IMG/VR virus record: IMGVR_UViG_3300025128_000015
Span: 64,001-128,000 of that record
Direction: 5' to 3' (one strand)
DNA: 64,000 nucleotides
Source: a virus
Part shown: positions 27,760-36,664 of the stretch, piece after piece
Layout of the letters: every line of letters starts with the position of its first letter
Numbering within the stretch: the first letter of the stretch is position 1
Position numbers and translations under genes: made by a program
Notes under the pieces: generated by a model
Told to the model about the DNA's origin: nothing
Databases searched by the model: none
Seen by the model: the letters and a program-made list of their open reading frames with translations, nothing else

Positions 27760-28008
27760 ATGAAGCTTTATTTATTAGTACAATATCAAAATCAGAGCGA
27801 TGACTCTTATGATTCCTGTGTGGTTGTGGCTAGAGACGAAGAAGCCGCCCGAAACGTACATCCAATGGGCGACTGGGACAGAGTAGACGTTTGGACTTAT
27901 GGACCTGAAGATATCGAGGTATCATATCTTGGCGAGGCCAGAGAAGACATAGAGAAGGTTGGCTTTTCCTTGAATGTAAATAATGTGATATGTTCTAGCT
28001 TTAATTAG
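27760..28008 (+). CDS. Hypothetical acidic protein
   Basis: AGGAG RBS; YDSCVVVARDEEAAR. Confidence 0.6.
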   Translation: MKLYLLVQYQNQSDDSYDSCVVVARDEEAARNVHPMGDWDRVDVWTYGPEDIEVSYLGEAREDIEKVGFSLNVNNVICSSFN

Positions 28009-28023
28009 ATGAACAGAGAGTGA

Positions 28024-28096
28024 TGCGCGGTAGCTCAGTTGGTAGAGCCGGCGGCTGTTAACCGCCTGGTCGCAGGTTCGAGCCCTGCCCGCGCAG
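28024..28096 (+). tRNA. tRNA-Asn(GTT), no CCA
   Basis: GGCGG-CTGTTAA-CCGCC; U1-A72, G73. Confidence 0.93.
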
Positions 28097-28104
28097 TTTT
28101 TCCC

Positions 28105-28133
28105 TTGACCAAAAGCAAAGGAGTTGCTATATT
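28105..28133 (+). promoter_or_regulatory. Sigma70-type promoter (uvsE)
   Basis: TTGACC-N17-TATATT. Confidence 0.55.
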
Positions 28134-29102
28134 ATGGATATGAAAAATTTAGGCTACGCATGTATTAACATGCAATTATCTTATCCCACCAAGTGGGGCA
28201 ATCAACCACGCGGCACCAAACCAATTACTACTAATCGCTCTATGATCAAGCGCACCTTCCAAGAGCGCGGTCTATCCTATGCATCAGAACTTGCGTTGCA
28301 AAATTGCCGTGACTTGATCAAAGTCCTCAAGTGGAATCATGCCAATGATATCCACTTCTTTCGAGTATCATCAGACTTGTTCCCCTGGGCTTCCGAGTAT
28401 AAACTCAACGCACTACCTGACTATGAAGACATATGTGAGGCTTTGCAAGAGGCCGGCAATTTCGCTTACGACAACGACCATCGTATTACAACACATCCAG
28501 GTCCGTTTAATGTACTTGGCTCGCCTAAACAGCACGTTGTAGATAACACTATCAAGGAACTCAATACTCATGCAGAAGTCTTCGACCTGATGGGATTGCC
28601 TACGACCCCATATGCCAAGATTAACATTCATGTTGGTGGTACTTACGGTGGTGATTTTGCCGGCACCGCCAAGCGTTGGTGCACCAATTTTCACAGGCTA
28701 TCTGAAACCGCTCAAGCTCGGATTACTGTAGAGAACGATGACAAAGCCTCCATGTGGTCTACGCAATACTTATACGATTATATTCACAAGGAAATTCTTA
28801 TTCCTATCGTGCATGACGTGCATCATCATAAATTTTGCACTGGTGGTCTGACTGATAAGGAAGCTATGTCACTAGCAGCGTCGACGTGGTTTGGCGTCAG
28901 ACCTGTTATTCACTATTCACAGGATCGCAGGATAGAATACAACGATCCAAAAATTCGTGCACAAGCTCACTCCGATTCATATTGGATCCCTGTTGATACA
29001 CATGACTTAGACGTCGATGTTATGCTGGAGTGCAAACACAAAGAGATCGGACTTTACAAGATGAGAGAACTGTTGCAACAACAACAACTGAGAGCGGCAT
29101 GA
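28134..29102 (+). CDS. uvsE: UV-damage endonuclease
   Basis: LGYACIN, FRVSSDLFP, HPG, NIHVG, ENDD, DVHHH, HSD, MLECK. Confidence 0.92.
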   Translation: MDMKNLGYACINMQLSYPTKWGNQPRGTKPITTNRSMIKRTFQERGLSYASELALQNCRDLIKVLKWNHANDIHFFRVSSDLFPWASEYKLNALPDYEDICEALQEAGNFAYDNDHRITTHPGPFNVLGSPKQHVVDNTIKELNTHAEVFDLMGLPTTPYAKINIHVGGTYGGDFAGTAKRWCTNFHRLSETAQARITVENDDKASMWSTQYLYDYIHKEILIPIVHDVHHHKFCTGGLTDKEAMSLAASTWFGVRPVIHYSQDRRIEYNDPKIRAQAHSDSYWIPVDTHDLDVDVMLECKHKEIGLYKMRELLQQQQLRAA

Positions 29103-29103
29103 T

Positions 29104-29277
29104 TTGAAACCGGGCGATCTTGTAGTGATACTATATGAAGCACGTAAATATTATCTTGCCATCGAGCCCATAGATTTGCTAGGCTATCCTGAGCAAAGAT
29201 GGGCGCTATTAGGACCAAAGGGAAACATAAGATATGTTGTTAGAGCAGAGATAAGGGTTGTAAATGAAAGCGGGTGA
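29104..29277 (+). CDS. MKxGDLV KOW/SH3-like mini-protein
   Basis: TTG-KPGDLVV...VVNESG; read manually. Confidence 0.55.
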   Translation: MKPGDLVVILYEARKYYLAIEPIDLLGYPEQRWALLGPKGNIRYVVRAEIRVVNESG

Positions 29278-29479
29278 CCTTGTGAGAATCTATGACCCAG
29301 ACGAATCTCAACTGGATGGGCGCTCATACTCGGCCATCGGTTTACTGGTATCCATTGGATATAAAAGCTCGAACCCTGAGTCTTATCGAATATTTAATAT
29401 CTACTTGGATGGAAGTATTTCTTGGTTTGATGAGCCATATTGGGCTGCTGAAACTGTAAGCCCGGCCTTGACTGACTAG
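29264..29479 (+). CDS. MKxGDLV mini-protein
   Basis: MKAGDLV; 14-nt overlap with the upstream ORF. Confidence 0.7.
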   Translation: MKAGDLVRIYDPDESQLDGRSYSAIGLLVSIGYKSSNPESYRIFNIYLDGSISWFDEPYWAAETVSPALTD

Positions 29480-29495
29480 GTTTGGTTATTATATT
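29468..29495 (+). promoter_or_regulatory. Sigma70-type promoter
   Basis: TTGACT-N16-TATATT. Confidence 0.6.
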
Positions 29496-29513
29496 ATTTT
29501 TGTAGGAGGAAAC

Positions 29514-29606
29514 ATGTATAAAAAAAGAAAAGAAGCTGACAATCTTTTTATGACCTTGGTCGTTGCAGGCATTCTTGCTGTACTTAGCTACAACGCCGTA
29601 GTATGA
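29514..29606 (+). CDS. Tiny single-transmembrane protein
   Basis: GGAGG RBS; ATGA overlap with the next ORF. Confidence 0.5.
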   Translation: MYKKRKEADNLFMTLVVAGILAVLSYNAVV

Positions 29607-29794
29607 AGCTCGGTGATTTGGTTAAGTGGCGCGACCCTGTGCCAAATCACCCTACTTGCCCTTCATTGTTCGGCTTGGTAGTAAGGCATCTAAAGCCCGG
29701 CTGGGTGAGTATCCATTGGTTTGCTGATGATGTGCCTGGTAACCCTACCCGCGAGCCTGTAATGCACTTAGAGATTATCAGTGAACATCGGTGA
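29603..29794 (+). CDS. MKxGDLV mini-protein
   Basis: MKLGDLVKW...LEIISEHR. Confidence 0.7.
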   Translation: MKLGDLVKWRDPVPNHPTCPSLFGLVVRHLKPGWVSIHWFADDVPGNPTREPVMHLEIISEHR

Positions 29795-29963
29795 CGTTGT
29801 AATAGTAAAGCCGTTTTACGAAACCTTAGAGATTGTCGAAGGTTACGGCATCGTCTTAGACATATACGAAGATGATGATGGCTTTAGATGGTATAAGGTC
29901 AGGTTTGACCTTATTTTTGAATGGTTTGAAGACTACAAATTGGAGTTGATAAGTGAATCCTAA
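29781..29963 (+). CDS. MKxGDLV mini-protein
   Basis: GTG-NIGDVV...LELISES; 14-nt overlap. Confidence 0.7.
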   Translation: MNIGDVVIVKPFYETLEIVEGYGIVLDIYEDDDGFRWYKVRFDLIFEWFEDYKLELISES

Positions 29964-30153
29964 ATGTATAGAATGTGATGAAGAATTTAATCCTAGACGA
30001 TATGAATTAGGTTATTATACTTGTATTGAGTGTGGAGAAGAAACTGCACAGAGAGAAATGTTGCGAAAATCAAAATGCATCGCACCTGCTTATAATAAAG
30101 GTGCATATATGTATGTGACAAGCTCACAAATGGCAAAAGATTTAGGAAGATGA
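29953..30153 (+). CDS. C4 zinc-finger protein (DksA/TraR-like)
   Basis: CIECDEEFNPRRYELGYYTCIEC. Confidence 0.55.
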   Translation: MNPKCIECDEEFNPRRYELGYYTCIECGEETAQREMLRKSKCIAPAYNKGAYMYVTSSQMAKDLGR

Positions 30154-30335
30154 AAGTTGGTGACCTAGTATCGTGTATCTTTGATCCTGATGACGTTGGT
30201 ATCATTACGGATTGTTATGAATCTTTGTGTCTTGATGGCACTTATGAAGCGGTGGCCACTGTGCATTGGGTTCTTTTTAGGACGACAACACAGGAGCGTC
30301 TAGGTGACGGTTTGAAATTATTAAACAGTGTATAA
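30150..30335 (+). CDS. MKxGDLV mini-protein
   Basis: MKVGDLV...GIIT...VHW. Confidence 0.7.
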   Translation: MKVGDLVSCIFDPDDVGIITDCYESLCLDGTYEAVATVHWVLFRTTTQERLGDGLKLLNSV

Positions 30336-30350
30336 AAAGGAAAAAACATT

Positions 30351-30560
30351 ATGAAAATTATATTAATAGCTTTGTTCGCATGTCTATCTTTAGGTTGTGC
30401 AACATCAAGTGGTAAAAACTTCAGCAAAAAAGAAGTTCTCAACGACTTCGACCGAGCCTGGGATAGCTATTGGTCCAATAACCGTGAACGTTCTTGGTCC
30501 AAGTCATCACTGAAAAGAGATATCAAAAGGGTTAAGTTAAAATCTCCGCTTGAAAAATGA
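30351..30560 (+). CDS. Small lipoprotein
   Basis: Lipobox SLGC. Confidence 0.6.
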   Translation: MKIILIALFACLSLGCATSSGKNFSKKEVLNDFDRAWDSYWSNNRERSWSKSSLKRDIKRVKLKSPLEK

Positions 30561-30754
30561 AAGTAGGTGACTTAGTAGAGTTTATGGATATGTCTTCCCA
30601 ACGCGACTCAAATGGCCGTAGAATCTTATTCCGTTCAGGTGTATACGGAATAGTCATTGGGAGGGACATTACCCGATCTTGGACTACTAGGTGGTTTGAT
30701 GGAGAAACAAGTTCGGACCCTGATTGGAGGCTAAGAGTGATTAGCGAGGTGTAG
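30557..30754 (+). CDS. MKxGDLV mini-protein
   Basis: MKVGDLV...GIVI...LRVISEV. Confidence 0.7.
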   Translation: MKVGDLVEFMDMSSQRDSNGRRILFRSGVYGIVIGRDITRSWTTRWFDGETSSDPDWRLRVISEV

Positions 30755-30755
30755 A

Positions 30756-30920
30756 ATGGTAGATGGTTTAATAAGATTTTTGTTAGGATATATGGAGGAT
30801 GTAATCGTAAAAGCACGAGAAGAAAATCCTCACGTCTCCGTCATCATACAAAAGCATCTCGACGCGCTCAGAGAAGATTTGAATGAACATGATAAATTTT
30901 ATCCCATTGACGATAAATAA
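30756..30920 (+). CDS. Small hypothetical protein
   Basis: GAGGTG RBS; read manually. Confidence 0.45.
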   Translation: MVDGLIRFLLGYMEDVIVKAREENPHVSVIIQKHLDALREDLNEHDKFYPIDDK

Positions 30921-30934
30921 GTTGTTCCTATAGT
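30907..30934 (+). promoter_or_regulatory. Early promoter
   Basis: TTGACG-N16-TATAGT with GTTCC before the -10. Confidence 0.7.
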
Positions 30935-30963
30935 TAAGTTGTAATCAGTGGATGGAGGACACT

Positions 30964-31749
30964 ATGTCTTGGAATGGAACTGTTAGATGCAGTTGGTGTG
31001 GACAGTCTGGTCATAATGCAGCAGGCTGCAAAGAAAAGCTTGAAAAAATGACAGGCTGGCTTGACAGCACCGATTTCGCAGAGCGCTCGCGAGCCACCAG
31101 ATACTTTGCGAAGAGAGGTCGAAAGGCTGAACGCGCTAAGAATCGTAGTTGTTCTTATTGCAGCGAGGTAGGACACACAAAGCGTACTTGCAAGGTGAGG
31201 AAGTCAGACATCTCTGTTTACGCGGAGATAATTTATGACGGACGGAAAAAGCTATACAAGTCTTTCCAAGAGAAAGGCTTCGGACCTGGTGCCCTTGTAT
31301 CCTACGAGGACAAAAGATGGTCCAGCGATACAGCCGAATACGTTACAGAAACGTATCTCGGCGTCGTCACGAGTGTCGAGCATGACGAATTGTCGCATAG
31401 AATTAATCACACACGATGGACCTGTAGCGACAGTAAATACGTTAAAGTGTCATGGATCAACCACCCTGCTGGTGGTATGAAATCGTGGCCCGCTTCTTTG
31501 CCTCTGCGCGCTATCGACGTTAAGAATCAATACTCGGATAGTTATAAGATAGAAGAAGTTGATTGGTCCCTGACTGACAGTGCAAGAATGAGGATTATTA
31601 CACCATTAGAAGACCCCGCACTAGCGTACCCTTCAATGTCTTCCTGTGAAAAGCTGGCATCGAAAATGTTAGATGAATCAGGAAAAGAGCGATGGAGAAT
31701 GCCATACGATTTGGAGGAGGAACTAGGCAAGAGGGGAGTGAAGGTGTGA
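30964..31749 (+). CDS. Protein with two CCHC zinc knuckles
   Basis: CSWCGQSGHNAAGC and CSYCSEVGHTKRTC; GGAGG RBS before ATG 30964. Confidence 0.75.
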   Translation: MSWNGTVRCSWCGQSGHNAAGCKEKLEKMTGWLDSTDFAERSRATRYFAKRGRKAERAKNRSCSYCSEVGHTKRTCKVRKSDISVYAEIIYDGRKKLYKSFQEKGFGPGALVSYEDKRWSSDTAEYVTETYLGVVTSVEHDELSHRINHTRWTCSDSKYVKVSWINHPAGGMKSWPASLPLRAIDVKNQYSDSYKIEEVDWSLTDSARMRIITPLEDPALAYPSMSSCEKLASKMLDESGKERWRMPYDLEEELGKRGVKV

Positions 31750-31850
31750 AAAAGTTTATCGAAGAATTAAGAGATATCTTTTCACATGTTCTACGTGTGT
31801 GTATTTTTGCCTTGTTTCTCATTTTTTGCTATCCCATGTTCTGATTTTCC

Positions 31851-31878
31851 TTGTCTAGTGTTTTGCCGTGCTTATAGT
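31851..31878 (+). promoter_or_regulatory. Early promoter
   Basis: TTGTCT-N16-TATAGT. Confidence 0.7.
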
Positions 31879-31908
31879 TAAGATGTAACTGATTAATGGA
31901 GTCGAAAT

Positions 31909-32523
31909 ATGACTGACAAGATCAAGAATCGGATTGAAAAGCTCTCGAAAGAGGAAATGTTATCTAACTGGGAGCATGGCTTTCTTGAATCTCTCCTTAA
32001 ATGGACTGAAAAGGGTAATCATTTATCACACCGTCAAAACACTACACTTCAAAACATTGAAGCCAAATATAGTGACGACAAGAAAGCTGCCCTGGAAGCC
32101 TGGAAAGGAAACTATACGTCAGAGATGCGAGAAAACATGACCATCATGGCTCATTATTATATCAATAATCCTCCCTATTTCGGAGATGTTGCCCGTCGTG
32201 TGATGAGCGATAAAGAAGACGCCTTTATTCCTTCAGAAAAGGTATATCGCGCCATGTGTGAAAACAAGTATGCTGCCCGCGTTATTGAAATCGTAAAGAC
32301 AACTCCCTTGTTTGAAGTCGGCTCGATGGCTAATGTACGAGCCAATGCCGGCGGTCATGCGTCACAATTCAAAAACAAAATGGTAATGATCTTGGAACAT
32401 GACTTAAATAATATAGTTTCTGCCGCGAAAGACGCCCGGCCAGTTCATGTTATTCCTGTGGGCTCGTCGAAGTCTTTCTGGACTGAAGAAAGATATTTGA
32501 AAAAAGCTAAAAAAGTTAGTTGA
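31909..32523 (+). CDS. Hypothetical protein
   Basis: 204-aa ORF behind a promoter and GGAG. Confidence 0.7.
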   Translation: MTDKIKNRIEKLSKEEMLSNWEHGFLESLLKWTEKGNHLSHRQNTTLQNIEAKYSDDKKAALEAWKGNYTSEMRENMTIMAHYYINNPPYFGDVARRVMSDKEDAFIPSEKVYRAMCENKYAARVIEIVKTTPLFEVGSMANVRANAGGHASQFKNKMVMILEHDLNNIVSAAKDARPVHVIPVGSSKSFWTEERYLKKAKKVS

Positions 32524-32547
32524 CCAAAGATAATTGGTTCCTATCTT
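32520..32547 (+). promoter_or_regulatory. Early promoter
   Basis: TTGACC-N16-TATCTT. Confidence 0.7.
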
Positions 32548-32601
32548 AATAGTGTAGACAGAAACAATGAACATTAACCTAGTTACTCAAGGAGATGTAA
32601 C

Positions 32602-33666
32602 ATGGCCATCGATTTCAAAACATTTAATCAAGTTGCCCCGCATGTCGCGGCAGTCCACAAGCCTGTTCTTCTACGGGGACGCCACGGCGTCGGCAAATCC
32701 GAAGTTGTATACCAGCTAGCTGTCCAGCTTGATAAGCCAGTCGTCGAACGACGTGCCTCACAAATGACCGAGGGCGACTTGGTTGGTCTTCCTAAGACCG
32801 ATGGGGACGTAACCTCCTTTTGTCCTCCTGATTGGTTTCAGACGGCATGTGATAACGCGGTCGTGCTCTTCTTTGATGAAGTTGACCGTGCTGTCACCGA
32901 GGTTCGTCAGGGTCTATTCGAGCTAACAGATTCGCGTAAGCTGTTTGGTAATCATCTCCATCCCGATACTGTCATCGTTGCTGCAATCAACGGCGGCGAC
33001 CACGGTTCACAATATCAGGTTGGCGAGATGGACCCTGCCGAGCTTGACCGATGGACCGTCTTTGATGTCGAGCCTACGATTGAAGATTGGCTTGATTGGG
33101 CGAAGGCTAACGTCGATGGTGTCGTTTGGGACTTTATCAATCAGAATCGATCTCACTTAGAGCATCAGACTGACTTCGAGCCTAACAAGGTTTACCCTTC
33201 TCGTCGCTCTTGGAAACGTCTCAACGACTGCCTAGCACACGCTGGCTTCCTGTCCGATGATGCTGATAAGTCTTCGGTATATCATCTGGCGACTGCATTC
33301 GTCGGCTTCGAGGCTGCTGTGTCCTTCAACGACTTCGTTCAAAACTATGAACGTCAAGTGACCGTTAAGATGATTCTTGATGAGGGCAAGATTAATAAAA
33401 CGTCTAACTTCGGTATCAACGAGCATTGCGCCCTGATTGAGAAAATCGAAGCTAGTGATACTTTCACCACCGTATTAGCAGAAAATCAGGTTCAGAACTT
33501 GGCTAACTACTTCGTAACTTTGCCATCTGAACCCGCGATGAAGCTGTGGACTGCTATCGGCAAGGGTGTAAATGAAAATGTGATTGCACTGCACAAGTCT
33601 AAGGCTGACGATGGCACTAAGATTTCAACTCGCATGGTTACCATGCTTACCGGAAAAAATGAATAG
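32602..33666 (+). CDS. MoxR-like AAA+ ATPase
   Basis: GRHGVGKS, LFFDEVDRA, MDPAELDRW, SRRSW. Confidence 0.85.
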   Translation: MAIDFKTFNQVAPHVAAVHKPVLLRGRHGVGKSEVVYQLAVQLDKPVVERRASQMTEGDLVGLPKTDGDVTSFCPPDWFQTACDNAVVLFFDEVDRAVTEVRQGLFELTDSRKLFGNHLHPDTVIVAAINGGDHGSQYQVGEMDPAELDRWTVFDVEPTIEDWLDWAKANVDGVVWDFINQNRSHLEHQTDFEPNKVYPSRRSWKRLNDCLAHAGFLSDDADKSSVYHLATAFVGFEAAVSFNDFVQNYERQVTVKMILDEGKINKTSNFGINEHCALIEKIEASDTFTTVLAENQVQNLANYFVTLPSEPAMKLWTAIGKGVNENVIALHKSKADDGTKISTRMVTMLTGKNE

Positions 33667-33785
33667 CTATGACTACCATATAATGAAGCCGTTCAACGCC
33701 TGTCCTGAATGGCATAAAACGGAGTAGAAAGCAGGCTGGGCTAGGTTGTCGGCCCGACGAGATGACCCTATTCGTTTTTTTTTCT
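33654..33785 (+). ncRNA. Candidate structured RNA / elaborate terminator
   Basis: 13-bp closing stem (33654-66 with 33768-80), internal helices, U-tract. Confidence 0.4.
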
Positions 33786-33794
33786 AAGCACCCC

Positions 33795-33822
33795 TTGACG
33801 ATTGTTGAGGGGTGCTTATCTT
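33795..33822 (+). promoter_or_regulatory. Early promoter
   Basis: TTGACG-N16-TATCTT. Confidence 0.7.
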
Positions 33823-33857
33823 TCTAGTGTAAGACAACTACTTATTAAGGGAGCATC

Positions 33858-35069
33858 ATGTTCAACCTTAACGATCATATCTTTCGCCTACTTCAAGACG
33901 AACCTTTCTTTGCATCTTTATCGCGCAATGTGGATAAGACAGAAGATTCTAATGTTCCAACGGCCGGAGTGCGTATCAACCCTGATACTGGGTTCTTTGA
34001 GTTGTTATACAACCCTGAGTTCTTCGAGGGCCTAGAGACTGACAAACAACGTGCAGGTGTGCTAGTACATGAGTTTTATCACCTTGTGATGGAACATATT
34101 ATCGGACGCCTTCCTGACGAATTGTCAGGCATCTTTGAGAACCAGGTTGACCCCGAGAAGCAATCGCTTTTTAAATTATACAATATTGCCGCAGATTTAT
34201 CTATCAACTGCCATATTGGACGTGAGAACTTACCTGAGAATGGCTGCTTCCCTGGTCATGGACACTTCGAGGACTTTGAGCCATTCAAGACGGTTGAGTT
34301 TTATTATGAAAAGCTGAAGGAAAAGGCCGAACAAGAGCAGAAAGATGGTAAGACTGAAGGCGGCGTCGGTGATATGGACTCCTTCGATGACCATAGTCAA
34401 TGGGGTGGAAAGGCTTGTGACACAGCGACTAAAGAGATTGCTAAACAGCGATTGACAGAGGCTGTTAAGAAAGCTGCCGAAGATGCATCGAAGTCTAGCT
34501 CATGGGGTTCAGTGTCCGCTTCTATGAAAAAAGAAATTATGGACCGTATCACTCCAGTCTTAGACTGGCGCAAGGTGCTACGTTACTTCGTCAAGTGCTC
34601 TCAGAGGGCTGAAAAACGCTCTACAGTGAAGCGACTCAATAAGCGCTACCCTTACGTCCATCCCGGTCGTAAAGTCCGTAGGCAGGCGAGTATTGCCATC
34701 TCTATCGACCAATCTGGCTCGGTGTCTGACAATATGTTAGCTTCGTTCTATTCTGAACTTAACAAACTAGCTGAAATTGCTACTTTTACCGTCGTACCTT
34801 TTGATACCGAGGTTGCAAAAGACAAGGTGTATGAGTGGCGTAAAGGTGAAAATCGAAAGCGCGAACGTGTCCTGTACGGTGGCACTTGCTTCGATGCTCC
34901 TACTGAGTATGTCAATGCTGGTGGCTTTGATGCTCACATCGTCTTGACCGACATGTGCGCGCCTAAGCCTAAATCTAGCCGATGTCCTCGAATGTGGATG
35001 ACGGACGCGGAAAACGCTCGCCGCCCGTACTTCAAAACTAACGAGCGAGTGATTGCAATAACAAAGTGA
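33858..35069 (+). CDS. HExxH metallopeptidase-like plus vWA domain protein (DUF2201 type; MoxR partner)
   Basis: LVHEFYHL; ISIDQSGSVS; GGTCF. Confidence 0.8.
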   Translation: MFNLNDHIFRLLQDEPFFASLSRNVDKTEDSNVPTAGVRINPDTGFFELLYNPEFFEGLETDKQRAGVLVHEFYHLVMEHIIGRLPDELSGIFENQVDPEKQSLFKLYNIAADLSINCHIGRENLPENGCFPGHGHFEDFEPFKTVEFYYEKLKEKAEQEQKDGKTEGGVGDMDSFDDHSQWGGKACDTATKEIAKQRLTEAVKKAAEDASKSSSWGSVSASMKKEIMDRITPVLDWRKVLRYFVKCSQRAEKRSTVKRLNKRYPYVHPGRKVRRQASIAISIDQSGSVSDNMLASFYSELNKLAEIATFTVVPFDTEVAKDKVYEWRKGENRKRERVLYGGTCFDAPTEYVNAGGFDAHIVLTDMCAPKPKSSRCPRMWMTDAENARRPYFKTNERVIAITK

Positions 35070-35077
35070 GGTGAAAA

Positions 35078-35257
35078 ATGGATTGGTATGCAATTTATGG
35101 GAAAGATATGAAAAGGGAGCATGACGAAGAAGAATTGACTTTCGATTATCAAGATATGGATGTATCCGAGCTTGATTCAATCGATGGTAAAAATGGTTGG
35201 GGATCAGGTTCACTAGAGCAGATTTCGACAGAGATCTCGTCAGACTGGTATGAATGA
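35078..35257 (+). CDS. Small acidic protein
   Basis: GAGGTG RBS; MDWYAIY...SDWYE. Confidence 0.55.
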   Translation: MDWYAIYGKDMKREHDEEELTFDYQDMDVSELDSIDGKNGWGSGSLEQISTEISSDWYE

Positions 35258-35619
35258 TGGTCCGTGCTTTTATTTTAATATGCTTAATGGCTACACCGAT
35301 TCTGGCCGAGAGACTACCCAGGCACGTTAAAACCCCTGAGTCCTGTAAGGTTGTCAATGTCACTGGCGAGAGAGATGGTAAAGTCTATAAGTTGTCCTGC
35401 TCTCGTTCACTTTCAAAAAGAATGAGAGGTTGGGTTTTCTTTGATAAAGATTGGTCCAAAGATAAGCGATATCGCACCCGTGTTTGGTATTCTCGACGAG
35501 ATAGCTGGCGAATGGAGGAAAAATCATATTGCAAGATACGAACCTGTCGCGCCTTCTCAATTACTATTTACAAGATTTTTTCATGTCAGTACTTGTCTGA
35601 TAAGAATCCGTTCCTATAG
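35254..35619 (+). CDS. Secreted basic hypothetical protein
   Basis: Signal-like N-terminus; ATGA-coupled. Confidence 0.5.
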   Translation: MMVRAFILICLMATPILAERLPRHVKTPESCKVVNVTGERDGKVYKLSCSRSLSKRMRGWVFFDKDWSKDKRYRTRVWYSRRDSWRMEEKSYCKIRTCRAFSITIYKIFSCQYLSDKNPFL

Positions 35620-35620
35620 T
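35593..35620 (+). promoter_or_regulatory. Early promoter
   Basis: TTGTCT-N16-TATAGT. Confidence 0.7.
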
Positions 35621-35643
35621 TCAACACACGATGGAGATGTTAA

Positions 35644-35883
35644 ATGTCAAAAAAACTTGATGCAACAATAGTCCTTGGTCACTGTATTATCACAGCCCTT
35701 AAAGCTGCCAAAGAACTACAAAAGCATGACAAGCGCGCAAAGCAGCTTGTAGAGGGTCTATCGCGTATAAAAGCTAACATGATGCCCATTATTCAAGAGG
35801 AATCTGACAAGATCTCAAAAGAGGAAGAAGAGTTCAATAGCTTTTCTAATTCAAAATCTGATTGGATTGAAGGCCGTCGTTGA
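35644..35883 (+). CDS. Hypothetical protein
   Basis: GGAG RBS; 79 aa. Confidence 0.6.
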   Translation: MSKKLDATIVLGHCIITALKAAKELQKHDKRAKQLVEGLSRIKANMMPIIQEESDKISKEEEEFNSFSNSKSDWIEGRR

Positions 35884-35936
35884 TTGGTTGGGAAACCTGG
35901 CTGAGTGCAGTCGGAATACTCATCGCAAATATCGCC

Positions 35937-35964
35937 TTGACCGCAGGAATTATGTTCCTATTAT
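35937..35964 (+). promoter_or_regulatory. Early promoter
   Basis: TTGACC-N16-TATTAT. Confidence 0.7.
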
Positions 35965-36007
35965 ATAAGCAAGAACAGAAAAGTAAATAACTCCAAGAGA
36001 GGAAAAC

Positions 36008-36409
36008 ATGGGCTATCGCTCCGAAGTCGTTTTAGCAGTTGATTCAAATGTCGCTCCCGCCTTTATGGCTCTGACGGCAAAGCATCCAGAGGTTTTACAA
36101 CTCTGCAACGATGCTGACACCTTCCAATCTGGTTATGAGAATGAGGGCGACTGGTTCATGCACTGGTCACACGTTAAGTGGTACGACAGCTTCACAGAGA
36201 TCGAGATAATAAATAAGTTCATCCATGCACTTGAGATGGAAGACTTGACCGAATACGGCGCGCCCGAACATCCGGTTGATGAAAAAGGCAAAGAGATGGA
36301 TTGGTCCGAATGTTTCAGGTTTGTCAGGATTGGTGAGGAAATGGAAGATATCACAACCGCCGGCTGCGGTTTTTGGAATATTGGCATCAGCCGCCATATT
36401 GATTTTTAG
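36008..36409 (+). CDS. Hypothetical acidic protein
   Basis: MGYRSEV...KWYDSF...FVRIGEE. Confidence 0.7.
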   Translation: MGYRSEVVLAVDSNVAPAFMALTAKHPEVLQLCNDADTFQSGYENEGDWFMHWSHVKWYDSFTEIEIINKFIHALEMEDLTEYGAPEHPVDEKGKEMDWSECFRFVRIGEEMEDITTAGCGFWNIGISRHIDF

Positions 36410-36420
36410 AGAGGCAGAAA

Positions 36421-36585
36421 ATGAAAGTCGGTGACAAAGTAGAACATATTAACAAGCCTGAATACGGTATCGGCAAGATTGTGAGATTCTACGCGAATCA
36501 AAGCACGGTGCTGGTCGAGTTTCCAGATGATAAAGGCTTGTCTTATTGCGATTATCACTCTTTGGTGAAGAAAAAAAGTCGGTGA
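36421..36585 (+). CDS. MKxGD mini-protein
   Basis: MKVGDKV...GIGKIV...KKKSR; read manually. Confidence 0.7.
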   Translation: MKVGDKVEHINKPEYGIGKIVRFYANQSTVLVEFPDDKGLSYCDYHSLVKKKSR

Positions 36586-36664
36586 TTGTGGAATACTTTA
36601 TTATTAACAACGCAGCTATTGTAATGGTTGTTGGAATGCTTTTGTTTTTCAAAGGAAAAAATAA

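Noticed and set aside
33678-33740. Twister ribozyme (TAATGAAGCC and GTCCT resemble its core)
   Set aside because: No correctly placed P2 partner or GAAGGG/GAGGG segment was found, and the loop differs from GUCCYAAGC.
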